Origin: Terracidiphilus sp. | GTDB lineage: Bacteria; Acidobacteriota; Terriglobia; Terriglobales; Acidobacteriaceae | Strand: one strand, 5' to 3' | DNA length: 64,000 nt | Assembly: GCA_035317045.1 (NCBI GenBank) | Contig: DATHHT010000017.1 | Shown here: piece after piece, positions 63,837 through 64,000 of the stretch | Layout: each line of letters opens with the position of its first letter | How positions within the stretch are numbered: the stretch's first letter is position 1 | Program-made: the position numbers and the translations under genes | The notes under the pieces: model-generated | The model's input: only the letters and a program-made list of their open reading frames with translations | Told to the model about the DNA's origin: nothing | Databases searched by the model: none

Positions 63837-63998
63837 TTAGTTAGTGGGCTGGGAAGGCCGGAAAGGAGGCGGTGCGGATTGACGGGCTTCGGCCTGGCGG
63901 GCTAGGACACGGCGGTTGAACTCGTGGATTACGCGGGCTACGTAGGCGCGGGTTTCGTGGTAGGGCGGGATGCCGCGATATTTGTCGACCGCAGCGGG
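63837..63998 (-). CDS. Lytic transglycosylase (SLT), C-terminal part; 5' end outside the window
   Basis: AVDKYRGIPPYHETRAYVARVI motif. Confidence 0.8.
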   Translation of the reverse strand, partial: PAAVDKYRGIPPYHETRAYVARVIHEFNRRVLARQAEARQSAPPPFRPSQPTN

Positions 63999-64000
63999 GC

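Overview
A chromosomal window of roughly 60% GC (by eye) that looks like Acidobacteriaceae. That assignment is inferred from the acidobacterial PadR + ADOP permease pair, a second ADOP, a tandem TonB-C protein and typical secreted hypotheticals. It mixes housekeeping genes (bshA, ptrB, lemA, xerD-xerC, tRNA-Val, anti-sigma/STAS pair) with accessory transport and regulator modules: an MdtNOP-like FUSC efflux operon, a TetR-HlyD-ABC operon, SRPBCC-ArsR-VOC and GbsR-methyltransferase. I found no CRISPR array, prophage, transposase or rRNA. The most unusual content is non-coding. (1) A roughly 280-bp intergenic module occurs twice, 50 kb apart (about 10300-10580 and 60110-60395), with conserved phased AAGTC-N12-GACTT-type boxes, an IHF-like box, an aligned -10 and a downstream SD+ATG. 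(2) About 28 REP-like palindromes of two main families all lie in the same strand orientation, and several sit in frame inside proteins (twice in oligopeptidase B). (3) Heptamer tandem arrays sit just after stop codons. (4) Many genes appear to be leaderless. Other oddities are an orphan GvpL/F gene, a di-heme cytochrome fusion protein, a split MgtE-N / NRAMP pair with an in-frame MTPP* uORF, and an XerD with a C-terminal extension. All homology calls come from motif recognition; no database search was run.
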